The notes beneath the pieces were generated by a model, which did not search any database, was not told where the DNA came from, and saw nothing but the letters and a program-made list of their open reading frames with translations. Shown one piece after another: positions 25,723 through 38,118 of a DNA stretch of 64,000 bases (its first letter is position 1; each line of letters opens with the position of its first letter). The translations under genes were made by a program, and so were the position numbers. This DNA comes from Chiloscyllium plagiosum (lineage: Eukaryota), in the NCBI RefSeq assembly GCF_004010195.1, contig NC_057720.1:6624491-6688490 (forward strand), written 5' to 3'.

Positions 25723-28314
25723 TACTGGATACAGAGAATCCAGCCAGACAACGTTGGTGGGACTTCTCAATGTTCTTCAGGTGGCATTAGAATCAATGCT
25801 TTTTATGCTACACAGTGAAAAATGTTTTTTAATATACATATTGGAACAGAATTGCTGTTTTCTTTAAATATATTATGCCATGGGTATAGGTGATTTGGGC
25901 AAAGCCAGAGTTTATTGTCCATCCCTAATTTCCTGTGAACTGAGTGACTCACTCAGCCATTTCAGAAAGGCTTGGGGGTCTGGAGTCATGCCTAGGTCAG
26001 GGCAGGTAAGGACAGCCAATCGCCTCCCTTACAGGTACTTGAAGGAACCACATTGTTGATGATAATTGCTATGGTTACCATCACTGAGACAAGCCAATTA
26101 TATTGGATTTATTAATTGCATTCAAATCCCACCAGCTTTTGTTTTGAGCTTTGATCCTGTTCCATTAGCCTGGGTCAGTGAATACTTGTGTGGGGCCATT
26201 AACACTATGCCATCATTCTCACTTAAAGGAGAAAGGTAAAGTTCTGAGCGAAGATCACTGGACCCGAAATATTAACTTTGATTTCTCTTCACAGATGGTG
26301 CCAGAACTGCTGAGTTTTTTCCATCAACTTTTGATTTTGTTTCTGATTTACAGCATCTGCAGTTCTTTAAGATAAAAATCACTATAATCTCACCAGACCA
26401 CGGCACAGTTTTCTCATGACTGACAAATGACTGGTCATTTAACTTGAAGGTCACCACACCTCAGATGAGGGGAAAGGTTGAGAAGGAGAATCATTGCTGG
26501 TAATCTCAGCTGGCATCAGAATGGACCCCATGCAGTCGGCGTTACGTGGCAGTGTAAACCAGCCATCTAACCCACTGAGCTAAACCAATCACTTATTGCT
26601 ATGTAACAATGATCAGATAATCAATCCTTCATCAATGAACAGGCAGGGTAAGCAGCTTCTATAACAAATTGCCAATCTACAAGTTATTTAACCCTCTATC
26701 TTTAATTACTTACCTCAAATCCTGAGAGAGGGAGCTGTTCTTCTGATTATCCCACTGTAACTGCTCACTGTGTGCCTTTTCACATGTTGGTACAGTTACA
26801 GTTGATAATTGAATGCACATGCAAATCCCTCGCATTGTTAACAGATGCTTGTAATACTCCAGACATCACAAGTCAGCACCTTCTTACAGACCCAACACCT
26901 CACTTTTTATTATTCTTCCCCAGCGGGTGTGACTGGCTAAGTCAGCATTTATTACCCATCCCAAATCGCCCCAGAGGGCAGGTAAGAGTCTTGATTTTAT
27001 TCATTCACAGGATGAGGGCATCATTGGCTAGGTCAGCATTTATTGCCCAACCAAGAGGGCAATGAAGAGTCAACCACATCGCTGTGGGTCCGGAGTCACA
27101 GGTAATCCAGACCAGGTAAGGATGGAAGTTTCCTTCCCTAAAGGAAATGAGTTGAACCAAATAGGTTTTCCTAACAATTGACAATAGTTTCATGGTCATT
27201 ATAAGACTCTTAATTCCAGATTCATTTTTAATTGAATCCAAATTTGAACTCTGGTCCCCAGATTACTACTCAGGCCTCTGGCTTCTCGTTCAGTGATTAT
27301 ACCATGAGGCCGTTTTGGAATACACACGGAAAGGAAAGCAAAACGTTTGCACTAGATTTTCTGACCTGGTGTGGGAACTTAGAACGGTTGTCCGATAGTA
27401 CAGCAGGAGGTCACAAACAAAGGATTACTCCATTTCTCAGATTTATGTACCTTCCCATTGGCAAGTGCTTGTGGATTGGGGCCTAAGGTGAAGGCCTGGT
27501 GGACAGTACTCTCGATAAGAAAGATGAATAGATCTAAAAACAAAAGGCCAGGTATTTATATTCCATCTTTAATGTTAAGTTGTACAGGACGTTGGCAAGG
27601 CCTCTTCTCGAGTACCATGTGTACTTCTGATCATAAGAACATCAGAATTAGGAGCAGGAGTAGGCCGTCCGGCCCTATGACCCTGCTCTGTCATTCAATA
27701 AGATCAATAGGGTGATCTTTTTGTGGACTCAGCTCCACTTACCCGCACTCTCACTGTATCCCTTAATCCCTTTGTTGTTCAAACAAAATCTCCCTTAGCT
27801 TGAAAAACGTTTACTGAAGTAACGTCAACCATTTCACTGGGCAAGGAATTCCAAATCTTTACAACCCTTTGGGTGAAGAAGTTCCTTCTCAATTCAGTCC
27901 TAAATCTGCTCCCCCTAATTTTGAGGCTTTGCCCTCTTTTCCTGGTCTCACCTGCCAGTGGAAACATTCTCTCTACTTCTACCTTATCCATTCCCTTCAT
28001 AATTTTATATGTTTCTATAAGATCCCCCTCAATCCTGTGAATTCCAATTAATATAATCTCAATCTACTCCGTCTCTCCTCATAAACCAACCCTGGCAACT
28101 CTGGTACCAACCTCGTGAACCTCCTCTGCACCCCCTCCAGCACCAGTCCATCCTTCCTCAAATAAGGAGACCAACACTGCACACAGTACTCCAGGTGTGG
28201 CCTCACCAGCACCTTGTACAGCTGCAATATAACCTCTCTGCTTTTAAACTCAATCCCTTTAGCAATGAAGGACAAAATTCCATTGGCCTTCCTAATTACC
28301 TGTTGTAGCTGCAG

Positions 28315-28919
28315 TTGAAACTTTATTGCTGGAACAGCACAGCAGGTCAGGCAGCATCCAGGGAACAGGAGATTCGACGTTTCGGGCACAGGCCCTTCTT
28401 CAGGAATGAGCAGAGAGTGTTCAGCAGGAGAAGATAAAAGGTAGGGAGGAGGGACTTGGAGGAGGGGAGTTGGAAATGTGATAGGTGGAAAGAGGTCAAG
28501 GTGAGGGTGATAGGTCGGAGTAGGATGGAGGCGGAGAGGTCAGGAAGAAGACTGCAGGTCAGGAAGGCGTTGCCGGGCTGGAGGGATCCGGCTGAGACAA
28601 GGTGGGGGGAGGGGGGATGAAGAAACTGGTGAAGTCCAAGTTCATCCCCTGCGGTTGGAGGGTTCCCAGTCGGAAGATAAGACGCTCCTCCTCCGACCGT
28701 CGGGTTGTTGTGGTTTGGCGGTGGATGAGTCCAATGACCTGCATATCCTCGGTGGAGTGGGAGGGGGAGTTGAAATGCTGTGCCACAGGTTGGTTGGGTT
28801 GGTTCGTCCGGGTGGCCCAGAGGTGCTCTCTGAATCGCTCCGCAAGTAGGCGGCCTGTCTCCCCAATATAGAGGAGGCCACACCGGCTGCAGCGGATGGA
28901 GTAGATGATGTGGGTGGAG
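28315..28919 (-). mobile_element. Young PLE 3' fragment with open GIY-YIG endonuclease frame, inserted in CR1
   Basis: Minus strand: TSTHIIYSIRCSRCGLLYIGETGRLLAERFREH...VAQHFNSPSH...RRSEEERLIFRLGTLQPQGMNLDF. Perfect 10-bp TSD gtagctgcag (28305-28314, 28920-28929). Confidence 0.95.
28376..28403 (-). ncRNA. Minimal hammerhead motif, family A, intact core with 4-bp stem I
   Basis: Minus strand: auuc-CUGAAGA-a-GGGC-cugu-GCCC-GAAA-cg-UC-gaau. Confidence 0.85.
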
Positions 28920-30512
28920 GTAGCTGCAGACCAACCTTCTGTGATTCATACACAAGGACACCCAGGTCCCTCTGCACAGCAGCATGCTGCAACTCTTTAC
29001 CATTCAAGTAATAATCCTTTATACTGTTACTCCCATCAAAATGGATGACTTCACATTTATTAACATTGTATTCCATCTGCCACACCTTTGCCCACTCACT
29101 CAATGTATCTGTTCCTCTGCAAAGTTTACAGTCCTCTGCATACTTTGCTCTGCCACTCATCTTAGAGTCATCTGCAACCTTTGACACCCTATACATGGTC
29201 CCCAACTCCAAATCATCGATGTAAATTGTAAATAATTGCAGTCCCAACACTGATACCTGAGGCACACCATTAGTCACTGATTGCCAGCCAGAATAGCACT
29301 CATTTATCCCCACTCTTTACTTCCTGTTGGTCAACAAATCCTCTATCCACACTAATACTCTACCCATAACTCCATGCATCCTTATCTTAGGCAGCAGGCT
29401 CTTGTGAGGCACCTTGTCAAAGGCCTTTTGGAAATCTAGGTACACCACATCCACTGGGTCTCCGTTGTCCACCATGTTTGTAATATCTTCATAGAATTTC
29501 AAATGATTTGCCAAGCATGACCTGCCCTTCATAAAGCCATGCTGCGTTTGCCCAACAGGACAATTTTTAATTGAGACACCTTGCTATTCCTTCCTTGATA
29601 ATAGACTCCAGCAACTTCCCACTACAGAGGTTGAGCTAACCGGTCTGTAATTCCCCATCTTTTGTCTACTTTTTTAAACAGTGGTGTCACATTTGCTGTT
29701 TTCCATCTTCTGGCACTGCCCCAGAGTGCAGCAAAGTTTGGAAAATTACCGCCAATGCATTTGCTGTTTCTCCCACCATCTCTTTTAGTACCCTGGGATG
29801 CATTCCATCAGGGACAGGAAACTTGGCTAACCTTACCTCCATTAGCTTTCACAACACTGTAATGATTGTTTTCAGGTCCTCATCTACGTTTCTGTCTTTG
29901 TCAATCACTGGCATGTTATTAGTGCCCTCCATTGTGAAGACCGATACAAAATACCTGTTTGGCCATTTCGCCATATCCCATACCTAAATGTCCCTTCTCA
30001 TCCTCTAAAGAACCAACGTTTACTTTAGCCCCTCTTTTTCATTTTGTGTATTTATAGAAACTTTTGCTATCTGTCTTTATATTCTGTGCTAGTTTTTTTT
30101 CTGATGTTCTATCTTACTTTACAACTCTTTTGGTGGCTTTCTGTTGACCTTTAAAGTTTTTCCAATCTTCTAGTTTCCTGCTGTTTTTAGCCACTTTTTA
30201 TGCCTTTTCTTTCAATTTGATAGCCTCCCTTATTTCCTTCGACACCCATAGCAGATTACCCCTTTTCTTACAGTCCTTCCTTTTCACTGGAATATATTTT
30301 TGCTGAGCACTTTGAAAAATTGCTTTGAAAGTCCTCCACTGCCTCATCAACTGTCCCACCATAAAATCTTTGTAGTCATCCTTGTTATAGGAAGAATATT
30401 TTTAAATTGGAGTGAGCTCAGAAAAGATTTACCAGGATGTTACCGGAATGGGGAGCATGAGATATAAAAATAGACTGGAAAGGCTGACACTTTTTTCACT
30501 GGAAATTAGGAG

Positions 30513-31012
30513 NNNNNNNNNNNNNNNNNNNNNNNNNNNNNNNNNNNNNNNNNNNNNNNNNNNNNNNNNNNNNNNNNNNNNNNNNNNNNNNNNNNNNNNN
30601 NNNNNNNNNNNNNNNNNNNNNNNNNNNNNNNNNNNNNNNNNNNNNNNNNNNNNNNNNNNNNNNNNNNNNNNNNNNNNNNNNNNNNNNNNNNNNNNNNNNN
30701 NNNNNNNNNNNNNNNNNNNNNNNNNNNNNNNNNNNNNNNNNNNNNNNNNNNNNNNNNNNNNNNNNNNNNNNNNNNNNNNNNNNNNNNNNNNNNNNNNNNN
30801 NNNNNNNNNNNNNNNNNNNNNNNNNNNNNNNNNNNNNNNNNNNNNNNNNNNNNNNNNNNNNNNNNNNNNNNNNNNNNNNNNNNNNNNNNNNNNNNNNNNN
30901 NNNNNNNNNNNNNNNNNNNNNNNNNNNNNNNNNNNNNNNNNNNNNNNNNNNNNNNNNNNNNNNNNNNNNNNNNNNNNNNNNNNNNNNNNNNNNNNNNNNN
31001 NNNNNNNNNNNN
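30513..31012. other. Assembly gap (500 N)
   Basis: Run of N. Confidence 1.
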
Positions 31013-31876
31013 TCCATCTATCTTGCACCTCCCTGGACAAAACTTGTGATCTCTACCGAGAATAACAAAGGCAAACATTATATGGGAACACCATGATTTC
31101 CTCCTTCCCATCCAGCAACCTGCCGCATTATTGATGTGCCTTCCTGTCCACTTGGTCAAAATCTTGAAAATCTTTACCTAATGTCATTTTGGAAGTTCCT
31201 TCACCAAATGGATTACAACAGTTTGCACAGAAACAAGGGATCGACAATAAATGCCAAGAGTGAAATTAAAATCACAAAAGGATGGGATTGTAAAGGCTTT
31301 TCTTCATACGGTATTCACAAAACGTTAGATTCGATTGTTTGAGCAATAGACCAGCTGATAGTTCAAATGGGGAAATGTCAACGCTCCACAATGTTGACCT
31401 TGTTTCCCGTACCACTTGACAACAGTGACACTACTCAGAAGTGCCTCATTCGTTGTAAAGTGCCTTGAAATATCCAGATAGTCATGAAAGGTCCCCCATG
31501 AACACAAACTTTGTTCCCATAAACTGAAGGCCAATCAAACACAGACAATTTCCTGTACTGCCTGACCCACATTTGCGGGATCGACATTGTCAACATTTGT
31601 TGGCCAATTTATGACACTTGGTAGGCTCTGTCGAGTGAGAAAGCATGGCACTGGAAAAATACAGCAGGTCAGGCAGCATCTGAGGAGCAGGAGGGTCGAC
31701 CTTTCGGGCATAAGACCTTCATCAGGAATGTTTGGGATATTAAAGAGATTCCAGACTATGTGTGGGTGTGCAGGCTGCCTAAAATAATTGATTAGTGATG
31801 AAGTTTGATACAGTGGCTAAAATTTAAAGCATGCTGGGAAATGGAAGCCAACCTTGTCTAAAGTGACTGTATCAAT

Positions 31877-32100
31877 CTCGGAGAAAGTGAGGACTGCAGA
31901 TGCTGGTGATCAGAGCTGAAAATGTGTTGCTGGAAAAGCGCAGCAGGTCAGGCAGCATCCAAGGAACAGGAGAATCGACGTTTCGGGCATAAGCCTTTCT
32001 TCAGGAATTCCTGAAGAAGGGCTCGTGCCCGAAACGCCGATTCTCCTGCTCATTGGATGCTGCCTGACCTGCTGCGCTTTTCCAGCAACACATTTTCAGC
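31877..32100. mobile_element. Fold-back PLE-derived element, family A, with head-to-head hammerheads
   Basis: Palindrome centred on gaattc (32005-32010). Motifs at 31977-32004 (-) and 32011-32038 (+). TSD agtgactgtatcaat / agtgactgcatcaat (31862-31876, 32101-32115). Confidence 0.92.
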
Positions 32101-32244
32101 AGTGACTGCATCAATTCCCATGCTGCAGAATCTAGTCAGGCTACAGTTGCCCACAGATGGTTTGTAAACAAACCTGATAGCTGCAGACCCTGCAATACAA
32201 ACCAAAGATAAACTCCAGCATCTGCAGTCCTCACTTTCTCCCAG

Positions 32245-33905
32245 GCTCTGTAGAGTAGCCTTCAGGACTCAATATCAAGTTCAACAATTTTAGGGTTTGA
32301 GGCCTGCTCTCCCATGTCCATACCCCAGCCACACGTGCCAGGCCTAGTCATCACACAGGAGAAAGTGAGGACTGCAGATACTGGAGATCAGAGTCGAAGA
32401 GTGTGGTGCTGGAAAAGCACAGTCGGTCAGGCAGCATCCGAGGAGCAGGAAAGTCGAAATTGTGGGCATAAACCTTTCATCAAGAATGAGGGGGTGCGCC
32501 AAGGGGGCTGAGAGATCAATGGGATGGGGTTTGGAGCTGTGGAGGAGGTAGTTGGGAATACGATAGGTGGATGGAGGTGGGGTAAAGATGACAGATCGGT
32601 GCAGAGGGTGGAGCAGATAGGTGGGAAGGAAGATGGACAGGTAGGACAGTTCTAGAGGGCAGTGTCAAGTTGAAAGGTTGGATCTGAGATGAGGTGAGGG
32701 GAGGGGAAATGATGAGCCTCATGAAATCCACATTGATCCTGTATGGTTGGAAGGTCCCAAGGCTGAAGATGAGACATTCTTCTTCCAAGGGTTGGGTGGC
32801 TAGAGTTTGGCGATGGAGGAGGCCCAGGACTTACATGTCCTTGCTGGAGTGGGAAGGGGAGTTGAAGTGTTCAGCCACAGGGCAGTGGGGTTGTTTGATG
32901 CGTGTGTCCCAGAGCTGTTCCCTGAAATGTTCCGCAAGTTGGAGTCCTGTCTCCCCATTGTAGAGGAGACCACATCAAGAGCAACAATCCTTCCACATCC
33001 AATAGAGATTTACCTGTACCCCAAAGGATTCTTTTACATCTGACAGAGATTTACCAGTTTCCTCACTTCCACACACATCATCTACTGTGTCCATTGCTAT
33101 CGATGTGGTCTCCTTATATTAAGGACACGAACTTGCGGAACATTTCAGAGAACATCTCTGGGACACACACACTAAACAACCCCACTGCCCTGTGTCTAAA
33201 CACTTTAAGTCCCTCTCCCACTCCACAAAGGACATGCAAGTCCTGGGCTTCCTCCACTACCAAACCCTGACCACCTGACACCTGGAAGACGAACACATCA
33301 TCTTCTACCTGGGACCCTCCAACAACAACACAGGATCAATGTGGATTGCACCAGTTTCCTCATTTCCTCTCCCCCCACCTTATCCCAGATCCAAACTTCC
33401 AACTTAACACCGCCCTCTTGAAATGTCCATCTTCCTTCCCACCTATCCTCTCCACCCTCCACTCTGACCTATCACCTTCACCCCCATCTTCACCTAGCTA
33501 TCGCATTACCAGCTACCTTCGCCCCCTTCCCCTTATATCTCTCAGCCCCATTGGGCCACCCCCTCATTCCTGATGAACAGCTCAAGTTTGAAACGTCGAC
33601 TCTCCTAAACATCACATAGTCTGCTATTACACACTAGCCTTTGTTCACCTAACTGTCTCCATTAGTTATTCATCCTCCTTGGCTGAGTATTATCCACTCC
33701 TTCATATGTCTCTTTGGGCTCTATCCCCATCCATTGTTTGCTCCTCCTCCCTTCCCCCATCCCATCTTCTACATAAAAAACAAAATTTTCCTAGCTACCA
33801 TCAGTTTTGAGGAAGGGTCGCTGCGCCTGAAACGTTAACACTGATTTCTCTCCACAGATGCTGCCAGACCTGCTGAGCTTTTCCAGAAATTTCTGCTTTT
33901 GTTTC
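32245..33905 (+). mobile_element. PLE family C 3' end (host), split by the inverted PLE pair
   Basis: PSGLNIKFNNFR-like ORF end at about 32260-32295. The 3' UTR resumes at 33617, with a degenerate hammerhead at 33807-33836. Confidence 0.65.
32356..33609. mobile_element. Inverted pair of PLE 3' ends (GIY-YIG remnants on both strands)
   Basis: 32358-32990 (-) and 33000-33600 (+) both encode HF..PSHS.KDM.VLG and LIF.LGT remnants. Flanked by catcaca (32349-32355, 33610-33616). Confidence 0.85.
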
Positions 33906-34003
33906 CTCAAAAATCTTCTGGATTTCATTCCCTGTGCAGGCTATTTCAGAGCACTGATTCACATTCCCATATTAACTTCCTGCCTGTGTTATTTTCAGCC
34001 AAG

Positions 34004-34190
34004 ATGTGGAGGTGCCAGTGTTAGACTGGGGTGGACAAAGACAGGAGTCACATGACACCGGGTTATAGTCCAACATTTTTATTTGAAATCACAAACTTCT
34101 GGAGCACTGCCCCTTCATCAGATCCGAATGCTTGTGAGTTTAAATAAACCTGTTGGACTATAACCCGGTGTCATGTGACTTCCGACTTTA
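34004..34190. mobile_element. Fold-back element, family B variant
   Basis: agtcacatgacaccgggttatagtccaaca...tgttggactataacccggtgtcatgtgact, with degenerate central ribozyme remnants. Confidence 0.8.
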
Positions 34191-34689
34191 TTATTTAAAT
34201 GTAGTTTTTTGACCCAATTAAAACAAACACATACTTTAAAATTGTACAGAAGGAAATGGGCAAGAATACATCAACCAGTTCCCCAAAAGCAAGACCCAGA
34301 GAGAAATAAATGTTTTATCCTGCCCAGGCAGTGTGGCAAAATGTCAAGAATGTATTTGATGAATTAGACAAATGAACATTTGTAGATTCCATTGATTAGA
34401 CAACAGACGTTCACAAAAATTCAGTCACATAAACATCTGTTGAACTGTTAAGGACCCAGACTACTTGGTAGTTATAAAAGCTAATTATTGTTACAAATTA
34501 TTACGATTGCACAATCAAGTATAATCTAAATTCATATGTAAGACCAGAGAGGTGTACTGCTAAAGAGTTGGCAGTGGGAAAGGGCCAATGTCTTGCATTG
34601 TAGAGATGTTAACAGAATGCAATTTCCACATAAAACACTCAGACTGGAAATACTGAATTATCAATCTTGCCCTGGGGTTTTCAGGAATG

Positions 34690-35335
34690 TCACACATGTC
34701 ACCTACTGTGACCGTTGGTCTCGATGTGGCCTCCTCTACATTGGGGAAACAGGACGCCTACATGTGGAACATTTCAGATAACATCTCTGACACACACACA
34801 CTAAACAACCCACTGCCCCATGGTCGATCACTTTAACTCCCCCTCCCACTCTGCCAATGGTATGCAAGTCCTGGGCCTCCTCCACTGCCAAACTCTAGCC
34901 ACCCGACATCTGGAGGAAACATGCCTTATCTTTCGCCTTAGGACCCTCCAACCACACGGGATCAATGTGGATTTCACCACTTTCCTCATTTCCCCTGCTC
35001 TCACCTTATCTCAGATCCAACTCAGCACCACCCTCTTGACCTGTCCCACCTGTCCATCTTCCTTCCCACCTATCCGCTCCACCTTCTACTCTGACCTATC
35101 ACCATCAACCTCACTTTCATCTACCTATCGCATTCCTGGCTACCTTCCCCCCAGCCCCATCCTCCTCCAATTTATCTCTCAGCCTCCTTGGGCCCACAAG
35201 CCTGATTCCTGACGAAGGGCTTATGCCTGAAACATCGACTCTTCTGCTTCTTGGATGCTGCCTGACCAGCTGTGCTTTTCCAGCACCACCCTCATTGATT
35301 CTGATCTCCAGCATCTACAGTCCTCATTTTCTCTT
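34690..35335 (+). mobile_element. PLE 3' end with GIY-YIG remnant
   Basis: SRCGLLYIGETGR and HFNSPSHS..MQVLGLLH...LIFRL.TLQPHGINVDF. Hammerhead remnant at 35209-35236. Confidence 0.9.
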
Positions 35336-35497
35336 AGTTTCCAGGAAAGTGATGATGATACTCAGGGGTGAGTGTTGGCAATAATAGAGGAAATGAATGT
35401 TTGTATTTCGGAAAAAGAATTTTTAGATCTCCTTGGTTATTAACGAGAACAACATTTTAGATGGTGAATACATCCTCCTTATTGACAGGTACAGAAG

Positions 35498-35557
35498 TGG
35501 TTGTGGAGCAGTAGCCAGGCCTAGTTCTGGTTGTGGAGCAGTAGCCAGGCCTAGTTC
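35498..35557. repeat. Perfect 30-bp tandem duplication
   Basis: tggttgtggagcagtagccaggcctagttc x2. Confidence 0.95.
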
Positions 35558-35672
35558 TGATTCGTAAAACAACCCAAAGAACTGTAGATGCTGGAAATCA
35601 GAAACAAAAGTTGAAATTGCTGGAAAATGTTCTGGTGAAAGACCCAAAAGACCAATTCCACAGATGCTTTTT

Positions 35673-36030
35673 GGGATGGCATGGTGGTTCAATGGTTAGC
35701 ACTGTTGTATCCAGTGCCAGGGACCTGGGTTCAACTCCAACCTCGGGTGACTGTCTGTGTGGAGTTTGCATATTCTCCCCCAGTATCTGTGTGGGTTTCC
35801 TCCGGGTGCTCTGATTTCCTCCCACAGTCCAAAGATGTGCAGGTTAGGGTGGATTGGTCATGCTAAATTGCCCCATAGTGTCGAGGGACATGCAGACCAG
35901 GTGGATTAGCCTTGTGAAATACAAGGTTACAGGGATAGGGTTTGGGGTGGGTCTGAATGGGATATGCTTCGGAGGTTCAGTGTGGACCCAATAGGCCGAA
36001 TGGTGTACTTCCACACTGTAAGGACTCTAT
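35673..36030 (+). mobile_element. HE1-type V-SINE
   Basis: Head, V-domain and tail present. Confidence 0.9.
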
Positions 36031-37001
36031 GATAAACCAGATACCCAGTTTCACACTCAGGACTTGTTTGCCGAAGAAGGTGCTGTTATAACATGGCCAG
36101 GCACATTGCATTTTAAGCTGGATGTCCTTGCAGCAGAATGAGTGGGAGAGAGTTGGCAACCCCGTTCTGAGTGTTCTACACAGAGTAACACAATCCAAGA
36201 TCAAGTCTTCTTCCCAATGCCAATTCTCAGGCAGCGTTCTGATGCTCTCTAGTTTTCTATGTGAACGCAGGCAGTACTGAGTGGGAGAGATTCCTGGTCA
36301 GGCCTGCAATGGAACAAACAATGACAGTCCTGCCATCTCTCTCCACAGCTCCGAGCCACACGGACTTAGACTCCCCAAATCATCTGTCACCCTCCTCTCC
36401 AGCTCTGACAGTCACAGATTGTCTAAACTGGTAAGGGAGAGTCTATTCACTCGATGAATGGGCGGTGGGGGCATGTCTCACATCTTCCAAACACTCACAT
36501 GACTTGGGCTGAACACTAGGCCCGGAAGCCTGACAGTGGAGGCAGTGATGGTGACGAGATTGATCCCAGCGCAGGGCCCTATGGCAACTGCATTGGTGAG
36601 GTCTACCCAGTATGAACTCAAGGTGGTGGTGTTGCTGGAGGCGAGATGGTGCCGGACAGTGGAAACTCTATTTCAGTAGCAGAGACTTGTTGAAGCGTGT
36701 TTTTTAAAAAAATATTCATGGGATTTGAGCCTTGCTGTCTGGGCCAGCATTTATTTACCATCCCTAATTGCCCAGAGGGCAGTTAAGGGTCAACCACATT
36801 GCTGTGGGCCTGGAGGCACATGTAGACCAGACCAGATAAGGATGGCAGCTTTCTTTCCCTACAGAATGGTGTTGAACCAGATGGGTTTTTCCAACAATTG
36901 ACAATGGCCATCATTAGACTCTTAATTCCAGATTATTATTGAGTTAGAAGTGGCAGGATTCGAAACAGGCCTCCAGAACATTACCTGAGTCTCTGTATTA
37001 A

Positions 37002-37138
37002 GGACTGATGAAGGGCTTATGCCGAAAACATCGATTCTCCTTATTCCCGGATGCTGCCTAAACTGCTGTGCTTTTCCAGTGTCTTACGTTTTGACTCTGA
37101 TCTCCAGCATCTGCAATTGTCACTTTCTCCCAACCTCA
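37002..37138 (+). mobile_element. Family A ribozyme cassette inserted in a SINE-B head
   Basis: TSD gtattaa (36995-37001, 37139-37145). CUGAUGA starts at 37005. Confidence 0.8.
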
Positions 37139-37563
37139 GTATTAATGTTCCAGCGATAATATCGTTAGGCCATCACCTGACCTTGTTACAGCTGTTGGTT
37201 TAGCCACACAGACCCAAGGCATCAGAGTAGAGGAGCCCGGATTCAGGCCCATGGCGGAGTTAGAAGCAGGAACTGTTCCAAAGACCAACTTAACCTTATT
37301 GAGATAAGACTATATCATGAACATTATTGCTTTCTTTTTCTGGCTCCGTATTCTGTACTTTTGGCTTATTTCCTGTGGTGCTGGAGAGTGGCGATATTAA
37401 ACAACAGTTTTCACTACCGTGACAATGAATCAAGTCAAGTCAATTGATTCCAGCATGATCTCCCACAGACACACATTTCATGGATTTACTATTTGGGAGG
37501 GGAGTGATGTGTAATTAAGCTGCTTTCTCCAGATAGCCGGAATGAAAATGAACTTTTCCAATG

Positions 37564-37781
37564 CAGGTTCTTTTGCTATAACATGCATTTAGTCACCTTG
37601 AATTCACTGTAACGTGATTGACAAATAGGGGATGCTCTTTCTCAAGTGCAAAATGTTAAAACGTGTTGGCTATAGTACGATTGCATCACCAATAGCTTAA
37701 GTGCTTTTTCTATTGCATGATTTTTACATAGCGCAGGATTGCACAAGAACACAACCATCACATTATAGAAGAACCTACCTA
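37564..37781. mobile_element. pogo/Tigger-like MITE (old)
   Basis: Imperfect TIRs caggttcttttgctataa / ttatagaagaacctacct; internal repeated ctataac-like motifs. Confidence 0.5.
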
Positions 37782-37837
37782 TAGCGAGAAATGGGCAGTG
37801 CTTACTGTAGCTTACAAACTCAAAGTGTACAAAGGTA

Positions 37838-38118
37838 GGGGTGGCATGGTGGATCAGTGGTTAGCACTGCTGCCTTACAGCACCAGGGTCCTAGGTTCGA
37901 TCCCAGCCTTGGGTTTTGCACGTTCTCCCCGTGTCTGCGTGGGTTTCCTCCCACTGTCCAAAGGTGTGCAGGTCAGGTGAATTGGCCATGCTAAACTGCC
38001 CATAGTGCTAGGCGCATTAGTCAGAGGGAAACGGGTCTGGGTGGGTTACTCTTCGGAGGGTCAGTGCGGACTGGTTGGGCTGAAGGGCCTGTTTCCACAC
38101 TGTAAGGGATCTAATCTT
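37838..38118 (+). mobile_element. HE1-type V-SINE (a family B fold-back element follows at 38119-38290)
   Basis: Head, V-domain and tail, then aatcacacgacacc...ggtgttgtgtga arms. Confidence 0.85.

Larger units (their letters stand above)
27633..30365 (-). mobile_element. CR1 LINE, 5'-truncated, ORF2 reverse-transcriptase pseudogene
   Basis: Frameshifted ORF2 pieces: KGRSCL...VDVVYLDFQKAFDKVPH, GVPQVSVLG..LFTIYIDDL, VADDSK, LYKVLVRPHLEYCVQCWSP, RRNFFTQRVV. 3' UTR at 27633. Confidence 0.95.

Noticed and set aside
30412..31159. Long ORFs over N runs (also 39905-40575 and 61056-61899)
   Set aside because: Artefacts of translating assembly gaps.
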